Source of the DNA: Lingula anatina
Lineage: Eukaryota > Animalia > Brachiopoda
Assembly (NCBI GenBank): GCA_051362555.1
Contig: CM120649.1
Span: 3,534,001 to 3,598,000 of the forward strand
Length of the DNA stretch: 64,000 nucleotides
Direction: 5' to 3'
Under the pieces are notes generated by a model. The model saw only the letters and a list, made by a program, of their open reading frames with translations. It did not search any database and was not told the origin of the DNA. This document shows positions 1 to 11,967 of the stretch, one piece after another. Made by a program: the position numbers and the translations under genes. The stretch's first letter is position 1. Every line of letters begins with the position of its first letter.

Positions 1-149
1 AACTAAGTTCATATGGGCAAATACTTAACCTGGAAGGTTGTCACTGATGAGTCGTCACTTTTTAAGAAGGACCAAGCCATCTGCTCGAATATTTACTGTC
101 CTGTTCAGTTTCTCCAGTTTTCAATATCAATTAAAAGTCAAATTCTAGG

Positions 150-345
150 TCATAGTAACAATGCCAATATATGACTTCTTATTAAAGTTCAAAAGTAAAT
201 ATGGGTGTCAGTTTTGGTGATATAAAGGTCAGAACATTTGCAAAGTGCAGTTCACGATAAAATGTAGGTCAAGGTCAAATTCAAGGTCACCGGAAGATTG
301 CTGATATATGATTGCCATTCAAGTTCAACAGTTCAACAAGTTCAC
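150..345. repeat. Diverged single copy of the ~146-bp AGGTCA-rich satellite unit found at 14217-15820
   Basis: tttgcaaagtgcagttcac...gtaggtcaaggtcaaattcaaggtcac...agattgctgatatatga...ttcaagttcaa aligns by eye with the array unit at 14336-14430. Confidence 0.7.
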
Positions 346-2361
346 CAGAAAATTTTAAGAGACGTCCTCATAAACGCCATAACACCATATTTAATCAAAG
401 CGTACTGTCATAATAAAGGAAAAAATAAGAGATAACCTTCATCCAAAAACGTAAAAAAGCATCATTCATAATCCATCATTTATTAATGTCCTTCAAATTT
501 AATGGTGAAAAAATGAAAGCTAGCATTGTATTAATACTACATTCTGCATATAATTCATCCGTTTTTAAACAAGAAAAAATAATTTTTAACCAACTGGTCT
601 TTCATTATTTCACTTCACGACGCTGCGTTTCTTTCGCAGATACTTGGACATTCTACTAAGAATTTCGGGGCATTAGTTGGGGAGAAACATGTAGTGCAAT
701 CCCTGAAGAGCTGTGTGTACCAAATCACAACGCCAAACTATGGTTAGTGTTATGTTCACCCATTCCAGTACCAGTGGTCTTTCGCTCTCTATATGAGAAA
801 ATTATTAAGTTATGCAGTTCATGGGGGGTCAATAAATACATAATAACGTCTACAGTTGGCAAAAAAAAAAGACTTTTTGTGTCTTTTATGTGAAAATTAC
901 CAGCGTGTGAAGTGAAATCAAGTGCCAGCTTTTGGTATTTATTTATTTATTTATTTTGTTTATGAGATATGGACCCCTATTTACGATGTGCTGTTAAGCA
1001 AAGGCATAATCCCGACTCTTTACTGATAAAACCACGCTTTTCAGTACTTATTGTTATGATTAAATTGACGTTAAAACCGTGATGATAAATGTTGAGATGA
1101 GAGAGATCTGTTTGAAATCGCGATAATAGGGCCTACGTGACGGAAAATCACGGAGCAATTCTGTTGATATATAACTTTTGCAACTAGCTTAAACTGTTAC
1201 TGAACATGGACATTCGACTTCTGTCTACGTAAAGTCGACTGCGCTATATAGGTGACGTTTGACTTACGGTTGACGCCCAGTTAATGGAGCTGACCTTTTC
1301 TAGTGGGCTATTGTCGTTCCTGAGAGTAAAAAAAAAGTAGTTACTACAATCATTTATATGGGGCAAAGTAACAAGACCAATAAAAGAAACGATTAAAACA
1401 ATATTTATTCTCTGTGAAGCGCAACTTATTCTGCTAAGATTTATATCTTTCTTGGCTAAGACCGTTCCCCTCACTTTCTTGCACTTTAAACGTTATAAAG
1501 CAGATTCCAAGGCTAATTCTAAGACTGGATTCCATGCCTAGATCTATCCATGCCTACATCGAATCAGCTAGAAGGTAAAGATAATTACTCCCTAACAGCT
1601 TTGCTAGGCGTCACAGACATTTAAGCCGGTGTGAACGGAATGCAGGTCCGCCCGGAACCGAGGTCTTACGGACCACCGTTCCTGAGGAATAGTAGTCCTA
1701 ATGGGACCTGCATTCCTGATATAATAAAGGGTAGGACTTCTATTCCTGGCGGACCTGCATTACTTTTACATTAGTCAACGGAATGGAGGTCCGCCCTATA
1801 ACTACATGTATGTCCGACCATTTAAAATAGCAACTAGTGGATAATGACTATTGGCAGTAATATTATTTATGTAGCCAAATGTTCACAAGCACAACGAAGC
1901 TCTGTTTTTGCTCCAAATTAAGTAAGATAAGTCCATATGACTGTAATTGTCATTTATTAATGACGAAAACTAATAAGATACAAAGTTACAAAACTGGGGA
2001 GATAATCAAACATCCCCCAAACTATATAAGTGCCATGCTTTAGTGAGCACATATAAGTACTCCGTAAAATCGACGGTTTGCTAGTTCGTCTCCCTGGTGT
2101 AGTGGTAAGGCTGTGCAGCATAATGGATGCTATACAGACTAGTTGTGTTTTTGGATGGAGGTTCGAATTTCGTTTACAGAAATAAAATTATGTTTACTTT
2201 TCGTGTGAGTTTTTTTTTTCTTTTGTTTTATCCTGGTCGTCATTTTTGCCACGTAGCAATTTTTTTGATTGGTTACAGACATAACCAGATGTCACACGCT
2301 ACCTTGTTCTACTATAAATACCGCTCATATATGAATACCACACCCTCACTAGACGTTTGAT

Positions 2362-3592
2362 ATGGAAGGGACAAGCAGCACCCGGACCAGGCCCGAAGTT
2401 GAAGTTATTTTCCAATATCTTCAGGAGGGCACGTATCCTATCGAGACAACACCAACACAGAAAAGAGTTATTCGGAAAACAAGCAAGTCTAATTATAAAG
2501 TAAACTTTCAATTATAATGATGTTAAATATGCAATATTAAATACGCAGATATACAATTTCAGGGATGTGTGTCCAATGGACCTATGTACCTTGAATAAAT
2601 GACCTGCATGGAGTTACTATTTCATGGGTATTTATGCCGGGGGGACTACCATTTCTGGGATTTTATGCCCGGGGGACTACCATTTCTGGGATTTTAGGTC
2701 CGGGGGACTACCATTTCTGGGATTTTAGGTCCTGGGACAGCTGCTTACGATTCCTTTTCTCAGTTTTAAACTCGAACAAATTAACAGTAGTCTAGGTCAA
2801 TAATTCCTTTAACATCATGAGTACACATATATGCATATTGTAATGCTTATTTCAGATTGAACAAGACAAGCTCTATTACAGAGTTAGCAGGAGGAAAGTG
2901 AGGGACGTAGCAGATGAAGGGCATAATGAAAATATTGATAATGATGTTGGTGGAGTATGGCGAAAAGTTGTAAGAAACAGGGAAGAAGTGAAAAAAGATT
3001 TGGATACACTGCATACATCACCGCTTGGTAAGTATGTATTGAAATAATTCCGTATTCACAATACCGCTTATACGTTGCTTTATTTAATTGTGTGACGTAA
3101 TTCCAGACATAGAAAAACGTGAAGTGTCTATAAAATGCGATTGTATTAATTTCCTTGTTTTTAAATTTAAGGTGGTCACCTAGGACGAGATAAGACACTG
3201 GCCAAGGTTGAACAGATATAGTATTGGCCAAACATGGTAGACGACATTAGAAAATTCATTTTTAAATGTGACAAATGTCAGAGCAACAACGGCTCTCCAC
3301 CGCTTTAACCCTATTCCCGTGAACAAGTCTGAGGCGTGGAGGATGGTAATCAAGACAAGTTATGGTATCTAAATTAATTTTACAGGTACTTACCGTGGGA
3401 ACAAAAGTGATGAAAAGAAATGTACGAAGGAGTGACAGAAAGGGGGGCAAACAAGAAAACTCCTGGCTGGGGCTCTACGTTGTGAAGGGGATATCCAAAT
3501 CTGGAGCTTACATCCTCCAGATTGAAGGCGGGTGCACACAGAAAGGCGCCGTAAACAGGGCAAATTTGAAAGTTTATGTTGCAGATGAATAA
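2362..3592 (+). pseudogene. Ginger1 transposase remnant with introns (YPYY-like, H2C2 and GPY/F regions; DDE core missing)
   Basis: Exon 2362-2499: MEG...FQYLQEGTYPIETTPTQKRVIRKTSKSNYK. Exon 2856-3027: IEQDKLYYR...LHTSPLG. Exon 3172-3345: GHLGRDKTLAKVEQI*YWPNMVDDIRKFIFKCDKCQ, frameshift, PIPVNKSEAWRM. Exon 3386-3592: VGTKVMKRNVRRSDRKGGKQENSWLGLYVV...VNRANLKVY. GT-AG junctions have compatible phases; one in-frame stop. Confidence 0.85.
2608..2735. repeat. ~30-31 bp minisatellite (ggggactaccatttctgggatttta...), ~4 copies, in Ginger intron 1
   Basis: Directly visible tandem copies. Confidence 0.85.
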
Positions 3593-3814
3593 ATAAAAGA
3601 ACTGAAATAAATATATGAAAATGTAACAAGTGTTATTCTTCATATACCTTTTTTATTCCATTGTATTTGTTTAGGTGAAATATTTTAAAAGTAATGGTAA
3701 TATTATATTATTTATCTATCTATCTATCTATCACTCACTTAAGGTGCGAGAGAAAAATAAGAGCGGACATATATTCCTAGTGTAAATCAGGATAACAGGT
3801 CCCATCCGGACTTA

Positions 3815-4029
3815 GGCTCTGTTCTCACAACTTTTAGATCGATCTATCACCGCGGGGAGTCTCACTAGATTACTGTCAGATAATCCGCCTTAAGTGTCCG
3901 TCCCCGCCTACTACAAGCTATAAGGGGTAATTAACTTTCGGGTCCGCCCGGCTGACAGCTATTTAGCGTGAACCCCCAGGGAGTTAGGTCGATCCAATGT
4001 AGGTCGATCTAATCTATGAGAATGGGGTG
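3815..4029. mobile_element. Tourist/PIF-Harbinger-like MITE nested in the Ginger element
   Basis: TTA on both flanks (3812-3814, 4030-4032) and imperfect inverted ends. Its left ~65 bp matches the reverse complement of 4217-4283 just outside the Ginger end. Confidence 0.5.
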
Positions 4030-4432
4030 TTAGATTCCTGGCGGTGGGACATGCATTCCTTGGTAACTGTTGTCCTACGGACGTTAAATCCTAGTAACGT
4101 ATGTCCTAGGACCTCCATTCCTAGCAACGTTTGACCTAGGACTTACGTTCCCAGGACTTAGTGTCCGGTCGGACTTGCGTTCCTAGGTTACTTGCATTCC
4201 GTTCACACCGGTCAAGTTGACAGCAATTTAGTGAGATTCCCTAGGGAGATAGATCGATCCAAATATCTGTGGGAATGGTCCCTAAGTCCCAACTACTGCG
4301 AACATTAACACTCAAATGTCTTTTACGTCCTTTAACGACTCTTAACGGTGAAGACGGTGACGATGATGATAATGGTGATGACGACGATGATGATGACCAT
4401 AAAATTAGTGATTAAATTCTCTACAGAATGTT

Positions 4433-5317
4433 TTAAATAGATATCAAAATATGTGTGTAGAGTTTTTCGTCCGTCACTGCTTCCACGTGGTATGGTATGG
4501 CGGACACGCCGTCGGAATTTTTCTTGCTTTTTGCGTTCTTCAACAGTGCCATCCTTAAAATGAAAACAAAAACGACATGAGTGTTTCCATTGTATATAGA
4601 GCGATCATGCAATCATGCCTCAATATAAGAACATTTATAATTGATTATTCTACAAATTGCCCAGTGTATGACCTGCTTAAAGAGCCACATTTATAATGTT
4701 TTTTTTTATTTTAATTCATAAAAACTTAGTTTACTTTGATTTTCCCACCCTGAGAATGGAGACAGATCATTGACCTGCCGAAGCATAAAACAGCAGTCAC
4801 TTTTGGCAGTCTGTAATTCAGAGACGACCACCCTTGGAAAATACGCCCGTCAAGATTACTTTCCTTTATATATATAAAAAAATTACAAGCACAATAATGA
4901 AAAATCATTATCTGTCAGTCCTATTATTAACTGACCTATGCAAATAGAAATCAATCAACTAAATGCAGTTTAGAAGTAAAAATTTTAATTATATTCACGG
5001 GACTTACCTGCGAGGATTTGTATCTCTGTTTTCGTGGGTTAAAGATGTATATCGTCCTAGCGCGAGATCGACTCGCTCAAATCCAAACACGGATGCTTTT
5101 AGCCTGGAATTAGAGATTCAACTAACGGCCATTATCTTTTTTTGCCACGAAAACGCAAAATATCAGTTTTTATTTTGTTACCTTTTATTGATCTTTTCAT
5201 CATTATTTTTTTCACCGCATTGTTTGCACCTTTTTACAACTGTATTTCAATGTCTGTATAACAAATACTAAGATCATAGTTTTTAATTTTTATATATCTA
5301 TATCTAAATCTCTCTCT

Positions 5318-5411
<94 letters not shown>

Positions 5412-6725
5412 TTTAACAAAAAAAATTAATAAAAAATTGGGTTAAACTGACTGAGCGCCATGTCGTCGTCTTCTCCGCCCCACCCCCAGTACTCGTTGGA
5501 GTAACCGTTGACCTTCAGAAAATGTTCACGGGGAAATTTTAGCACACCGCCAACAAGGGACTTGTACAAGGTTCTGGGATATGGAAAGGAAAGAAATACA
5601 GCCGTATATATGCGAGGCGACGTATAACATACAAGTGCAGGCCTACCCAACTACCAGACTCGGCACCTACGGATCTAGAATAAACCGGTAGATCAGACCA
5701 CACTACCCGTTTTCAAGGTCCAGCTAGGTGTGGCTCAGCTGAGACGCGCACGGTCAGTGTCGACGATTGATTTAATACTTTTCACGCCAGTTGAACGTCC
5801 ATGACAAGTATTTACCAAAAATTGACCAAATTGGTCAGACATTACGTAAGAATCTGGTGGGAGGTGACCAGCGCACGTGGACGAGTTTATTTCATATAAC
5901 ATCTCTAGAGCGTGATATAGGGTCACTTTATTCGGGGTGTTTTAGGATGAAATGACTGTATTTTTTCTCGGTACGTATGTCAAACAATACACTGTCACCC
6001 TCTCGCGATATATGCCATGAACACCTCTCGCTGACGCTCGAGGTGTTATGGCATATATCGCTCGGGTGACAGTGTATTATCTCACACTTAACACCAGTCA
6101 CATCACACCAAAACAAACAAACAAAGAAACAAACAACTATACTCACTTGTACTTATCTTGACTCGGAGCAGACGACATATGAAGGGGAGTGTCGTGACAG
6201 CCGTAACTGTTCCGATCGTCTTCCGGCACTAGATCCACGTCATGGAAAATGACGCACTGGAAGTCGAACAATTTCGCGGCTTCGAGATATCCAGCGTTCA
6301 TGACGCGACCCTTGTTCCAAGTGCCTACTCCTGCCTGATACATGTAAATATATAATTTGATTTAGTTATTTTTATAATAGTAATTATATTTTCCTGAACA
6401 TTCCTACACGCCCCCCCCCAATAAAAAATAACGACACCACGAAAATAAAACAACTGATAAAAGAATTAAAAAAAAATAAATAAAGAAGTTAAATAATACA
6501 TCGTTCATACTCAGATATTAGTGAGTAGATTGACAGGGTACTCTGCACGTTTATACATACATACATGTATTTCCTGAGAAGCGTACATTAACAAATTTTT
6601 TACTTTTTACTTTTCACTTAATTATATTGGACCGAACTGTCTACAATACAAACGCATGCACATTGGTAATGGAGTGGTGGACGGAATACGAAACATGAAA
6701 TTTTAATATGTGATGAAATTAGCGG

Positions 6726-6771
<46 letters not shown>

Positions 6772-9738
6772 TTTTTGTTCAACTTTTTGCTCTGTGGATA
6801 GTACCTTACTTTGCCACCGAGGCGCAACAGTCGTCACGTTTGTTCTCTGTGTGAAGGCAATAATAGTGTTTGACAGATTTGTTTGTCATTATTAGTATCG
6901 TTTTACAAGGAATGCCCATTCAGGAGAGATGCAAACGCAATCAGGAATAACAAAATGTGTTTACACATGATAGATGGGCTTGAATAGACAACTCCTGAAT
7001 CAAGTTCTTAGAAAAATAAACGCCATTTACCTGTTCCGCTAAAAAAATTCTGTAGTGTAATTGTTGTCGCTGCAAGAAAGGGTGAAGATAGCGTAACAAC
7101 AAACAAAGGTGATGTCTGCGGTTACGATACGGGATGATGATGGCAACTCGGTGGCTGAAAAAGAAAATGAGCATTTTTTCAATCAAAAGCGAAACTATAA
7201 CAGATAAGCAGCGCAATAGCACGGGTGGATGTCACATAGGCTACACCTTGGTAACGAGCGGTGCACATGACTTATAGGCCTACCAAGAGGGCTCTTGTGA
7301 ACAATATACACACCATACCCTCTGATACCACAAGGGTCTCCAGTACAGTGTATCTCTGAACAGTGGCGGATTTGTGGGGGGGGGGGGGGGGGGGGGGGGG
7401 GGAGTCCTGACCCCACCTTCGATTTCTGAAAAAAAAATCAAACCAATGGTCCCCTCTTGAAATTATAATTTTGACTAGTTGAATCGTAGTTCCAAACCGT
7501 ACCAAATGGCACCATACGCCCTCTGAAATACCCAAAAATTTCGGGGCCCGCTGAAGGGCCCCGAACCCCCGCCAAGTAGGGGGGTGAGGATCGGCTTTGC
7601 ATACATGCCCCCCACCCCCACCCCCTTCAAATAATCCTGGATCCGCCTCTGTCTGAAGAAAAGATTTGACTACCCTCTACCAGAGTGGCAGATATTATAG
7701 GCAAATTGTCAAAATTCCAGAGAATTAAACGACTGCTTATTTATGTAAAGACATATCTATAAGTATCTTGTGAAAAATCAATCTGTCGCCCTGGTAGAGG
7801 ATAAGATTTAACAGTTCCGTAAGAGGTTACTAGCTACCCCTTTAGTCAAAGAGTAGTCTAAACTGCTTGCGTCCGTATGTTAGATACACAGCTTCTACGC
7901 CTGGGTATTCTCTTTTCTTCTGTTCTATTCTCCGGACTCAAGGACTACATGATAGATAGATCTAATTAAAGGTGCACTCCATAGGTTTGAAAATCCCCCA
8001 AATGCTCATTTTTGCCACCCACAGTTTCTTGTAAAACCTTAAATACACCTTTAAAATGATTTAACCCCTTAAATATTTTTTCTAGGGAGTACCTGATGCT
8101 GATATTTTCATTGTCGTTGTAATAATGACTGGCCAGTCATTTTAAACTACAACCAACTTTTATAAATTTATCAAAGGTTGAATCCTGTACCTTGGTGATT
8201 GACGGAAAAATGCAGAAACTTCCAGAAGAAAAAATTTTCAATCGAAAGTAAAGTCTAAAGCCCTCTGCAGACCTATAAGTGTACCTTGATTTGCAGTCTG
8301 TCGGTTGCCATTTTCCCCAAGTCATGGCAGGCATAGCGTGTTTTATGTCCTCTAGAGTACTTGTAACGTTAACGTCTATGGTAATGCGACCAACTGAAAC
8401 CAATAAAACGTAGGAATAATTAAAGGCATATAAATTGTGCAGGGCCTTGATATTACAGAATAGATTCCCCTTGAACATGAAGGAGCGTCATTTCCAGAAC
8501 CGTTGAAAACTACGCATTTATAAATTAGTTGGCGTGTTCCCTATTTCCATTTTTTACTGTGTTGAGTGAAATTCACCATTCCCCTTATTGCTGGGGTGCC
8601 TTAATGAGCTTTAAGTCTGTGAATAGATATGTATATTGTAATCCGTGACATTGGTATTTTCTTAAAAAATCAATAAAATGTCTGTTATATTAATATCTAA
8701 CATGGTGAGTCTTTAAACAAGAGGAAACGAGTTAATGTGTAAAATGATTGCATTAAGCGACAGCCCTCGCAGCATTGGAGCGATCTACGTAGACTGGTAC
8801 TTTTTCAAAATGGGAATGAGCCCTTAGACCTAGAACCTATTTTAACACTGTCGTCCGTCAAAAATGTTTTCAAGGTGACTTGGCCGCACATATTAAGGAA
8901 AGACAACAAGGGCTGATTGTTTACACCACAATTAATCGAAACTTGTAAACTGATATTTTAAATATGACTTAAAACAACATTAGGTGTAATCAGCTGTAAA
9001 AAAGCGGAAATTCGATAATACACCGGGAAGCTGAAGCGATTAAATGGGAAGAGGTCATGGGTACCTTCGGCGCCATTCAGTATGGCGACTTTCAATGAAT
9101 GAATACAGCGCAGCTTCCAATGTGCATTGATCTCTTTTCAAAATTATTCGGGTCAAAAGTTCACCGTCTAAGACTATAAGGAAGTAAAAGGAGAGAGTTA
9201 AAACTTGTTGTCCATGAACGTTGGTGGAATCTTGTTAACATTATTGCTTGCAACCAGATTTCAGAGAGTACCTTTACATTCAATCACGAATCTCATATTT
9301 TTCTTATCATTTCCCTTCCGTTTCTTTCTTTCTCTCATTCTATATTCCCCCTCTTTTTCCAACTTTTTTCTTTTAAGCTCACCCCATTTTTTCTACCTCT
9401 CTTTTATCTTTCAAATATTCGAATTATCCACTTTCACTTTCACCAGTGTAACATAACTCACCGAGTGTGTGCGGATAAGCAAGACAGAGTTCTTGCGATT
9501 TCTCCAATTCTTCAAGATTTCCCGTCCTCTTTCCTCTCCTAGCGTTGTATGCCGACGCAGATTTTACTATCCCATCTTCGCACTCACGAGATGGCCTCGC
9601 TAAACTTGCCAAATAAAACACATTAAGTACTACCTGGAAAATGACCAACCCGACCAGAACATGGACCACATTCACATGCATATTTCCTCGCTCTTTATGA
9701 ATTGTAACAGGCCAGAGATTTTTGCTAATTCTGCGCAT
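4433..9738 (-). CDS. GT7-family beta-1,4-N-acetylgalactosaminyl/galactosyltransferase (bre-4/B4GALT-like), type II membrane protein, 7 coding exons
   Basis: Exons 9738-9462 (TM anchor VLVGLVIFQVVLNVFYL), 8393-8285 (GKWQPTDCKSR), 7154-7031 (HRVAIIIPYRNRRHHL...FLQRQQL), 6334-6147 (WNKGRVMNAG...IFHDVDLVPEDDRNSY), 5573-~5451 (YKSLVGGV...NGYSNEYWGWGGEDDDM), 5103-5008 (GRYTSLTH), 4553-4433 (DGVS...LYTHILISI*). DVD and WGWGGEDDD motifs are diagnostic. The exon 5 donor phase is anomalous (see findings). A 5'UTR acceptor at 9890 and an upstream donor near 10715 are likely. Confidence 0.92.
5309..5408. repeat. Compound (TC)n(TA)n(GA)n microsatellite
   Basis: Directly visible. Confidence 0.95.
7361..7651 (+). 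mobile_element. hAT-like MITE with 6-bp TSD (copy 1)
   Basis: TIR CAGTGGCGGAT / ATCCGCCTCTG; TCTGAA duplicated at 7355-7360 and 7652-7657; internal sequence matches 46016-46278 in inverse orientation. Confidence 0.8.
7673..7801. mobile_element. Small MITE (ccctctaccag...ctggtagagg); related end sequence at 13265-13302
   Basis: Inverted termini ccctctaccagagtggcagat / atctgtcgccctggtagagg. The left end recurs as ccctcttccagggcggcagatattataggca at 13265. Confidence 0.55.
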
Positions 9739-11289
9739 TGTTGGTACCGCCCTTCTATTAATTATACGGGGAGGGGAATAAACGGGGTCCGTCCTCGTGC
9801 CTCGGTGTCCGCAATATCAATGCAGTCTCACATCCGTTATTCTAGCTGCTGTTCAATAAATGGCGGCACTTCCTAATACCGCAGACGATCCTGAAAATGA
9901 GGTTTATTGATTGAATAAAGAAATTTCAATTCAGGTTACAAAGTGGCGGGTAAGACTTTCCTGTGTCAATTCTTGCACATTTTTTGGGTCAAAATGCTAT
10001 CTCTAAATGCTTAACAAGACGTTTAGAGCTGGCAAAATGTATAGAGTAACCTGGAGTCGTTTTACTCTCTGCCCTTTGTCCGCCTTCCTATGGCAGTCAC
10101 GCCCACCATTGAAATGATACATAACCACGCATTTTACAGATAATTATGAGATAGTTTTACATAAAGGACACATTCAAATTATTTATTACTGGATTCCTGG
10201 TTACCCTTAAGAAGAAGACCATAAATATAATTTCTTTATATATATATATATAAATATCAAATAAGGGCATTGGACTATTGAAATATGTAGGGAAAAGGGA
10301 TGGCAAAATGGTTTAGTTTCGCTTTGCTTATTGATAATTTTTGTGGGGGAGGGGGGAGGAGATGGAGAGAGGGATACCCAAAAAATGTCATGGAGAGACA
10401 GATACCCGCTATGCCCAGCCCTGAATCTACAATTGATACACTTGAATCTAGAGTTTCAACGTGTGAGTTAACTTACGTAGCACGTATCCAGTGTCTTCCC
10501 TCCTTAACTAAGAAAACCACTAGTTTCATCTACATGTGCAGTTCATGCATTGGCCAAATATTGGTTGGCAGGGCAAAGGCCCTGTTTGACAAAAGAACCG
10601 AAAGGACTCGGCTGCCTTTAATTTACTCTGATAACCCTGTACTGGTTCACTGATTTTATTAACTGTAACTTTTTTCCACCCGCATAACTGCGCCCTGTTC
10701 CCCGGGTGACTTACCTGTTTAGGTCACCTGATCCGTTGCCTTAAATCAGGTGTTCGAATCTGCAATTGTTAACAAATCCAATTCTGACGTAATCCAGCAC
10801 TGCGCGTAACCTTCTGTTGCCTGTCCTTCTTCAGTATCTAACGGTCATAAATTTTCAGTAACGTGAAGTTCTTAATTCGTGGTGTACGTCCTTACAGGGA
10901 ATCACAACCGTAGAAGTCAAAATTCTAGGTAAACAAAAACCAAAGAGGGCTTTTCAACTTGTCGAGCTGTTGATTTTTTTTTCATATCAGCGACATTCTG
11001 ATTTTCATTGAACGTGATTCTTTGCCAACAAAACGCCGTGTTGTCACGAGATGAAGTGTTTGCTAAAGCAACTCATACCTCACTTGTGGATTCAAGGTTG
11101 TAGTTAAGGCGGGGGAGCATAAAGGTGAAACAAAAAAAAAATAAACATTACGCTTGGACAATTTTCCTATAGTAAGGCGCAGGAATGGAAAAATCGATCG
11201 GTTTTGTCTCGGTTTGTTCGTTATACTGTTTTATTTTATGGGGGAGGAGGGACAGGGGTTCCTCAGGTACTGTTGGATGGGCACGTCCC

Positions 11290-11383
11290 TTCTGCCTCTC
11301 CCCTTCCACCCCCCCTCCCCTGCGTCCACCGCTGTCACCTTCAAGCAATCTAACTTTCTATTTGTTCTTTGTACCAAACAAAA

Positions 11384-11428
<45 letters not shown>

Positions 11429-11967
11429 TTGTGTGTGTGTGTGTGAGAGAGAGAGAGTTTAAATCCGTAAAAATGGAACTGCATATCAACTGTTTGACAA
11501 AGACAATTAAGCAAACCGCTCCTCAAACCGTCTGTTCCATGGGGCAAAGCTAGGTATGTTGATTCCTCCTCATTGCACACAACCATTATACCAATATAAA
11601 AGAAAAAAAGAATGACACATTATGAAATTGCACTGGCACAAGCATTTGTTTGCACAAGTACTACTGCGCCCCTATCAGATAACCCGAGTCAATGGTGAAT
11701 GGCCCAATTTTAAGGGCAAAATAACAAAAACAAGAATGTTTGTCTGAGAAAAACTTCATTCAAAATAGCTTGAATTAGAATGAAAACACGCCATCTAATG
11801 TCAATCTTTACCTCACAAACCTTATTATGGCTACGCCGTGATCGTGGTCTACCCGCGCAGCTGTGGTAAATACGACTGTACAGTTAGATTGCTTGAAGGC
11901 GACAGCGGTGGACGCAGAGGAGATGGGGTGGGGGGGGGGGGGGGGGGTAGAAGGGGAGAGGCAGAAG
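11290..11967. repeat. Inverted repeat pair (~65-85 bp arms, ~530 bp spacer)
   Basis: cttctgcctctcccctt...ctgcgtccaccgctgtcaccttcaagcaatctaact (11290-11354) pairs with agttagattgcttgaaggcgacagcggtggacgcag...aaggggagaggcagaag (11882-11967). Confidence 0.75.

Larger units (their letters stand above)
1630..4207 (+). mobile_element. Non-autonomous (internally deleted) Ginger1 DNA transposon
   Basis: Perfect 15-bp terminal inverted repeat (TIR) TGTGAACGGAATGCA at 1630 and TGCATTCCGTTCACA ending at 4207. CCGG duplication on both sides (1626-1629, 4208-4211). Subterminal ggac...attcct repeats. Encloses Gypsy-integrase-like coding fragments. Confidence 0.85.

Noticed and set aside
2089-2175. Functional tRNA gene
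   Set aside because: A and B boxes are present, but no cloverleaf, acceptor stem or anticodon arm can be built.
7966-8604. Kolobok-like TTAA element capturing glycosyltransferase exon 2
   Set aside because: The end match is short and imperfect, and a nearer cacctttaa (~8047-8055) explains the left end.
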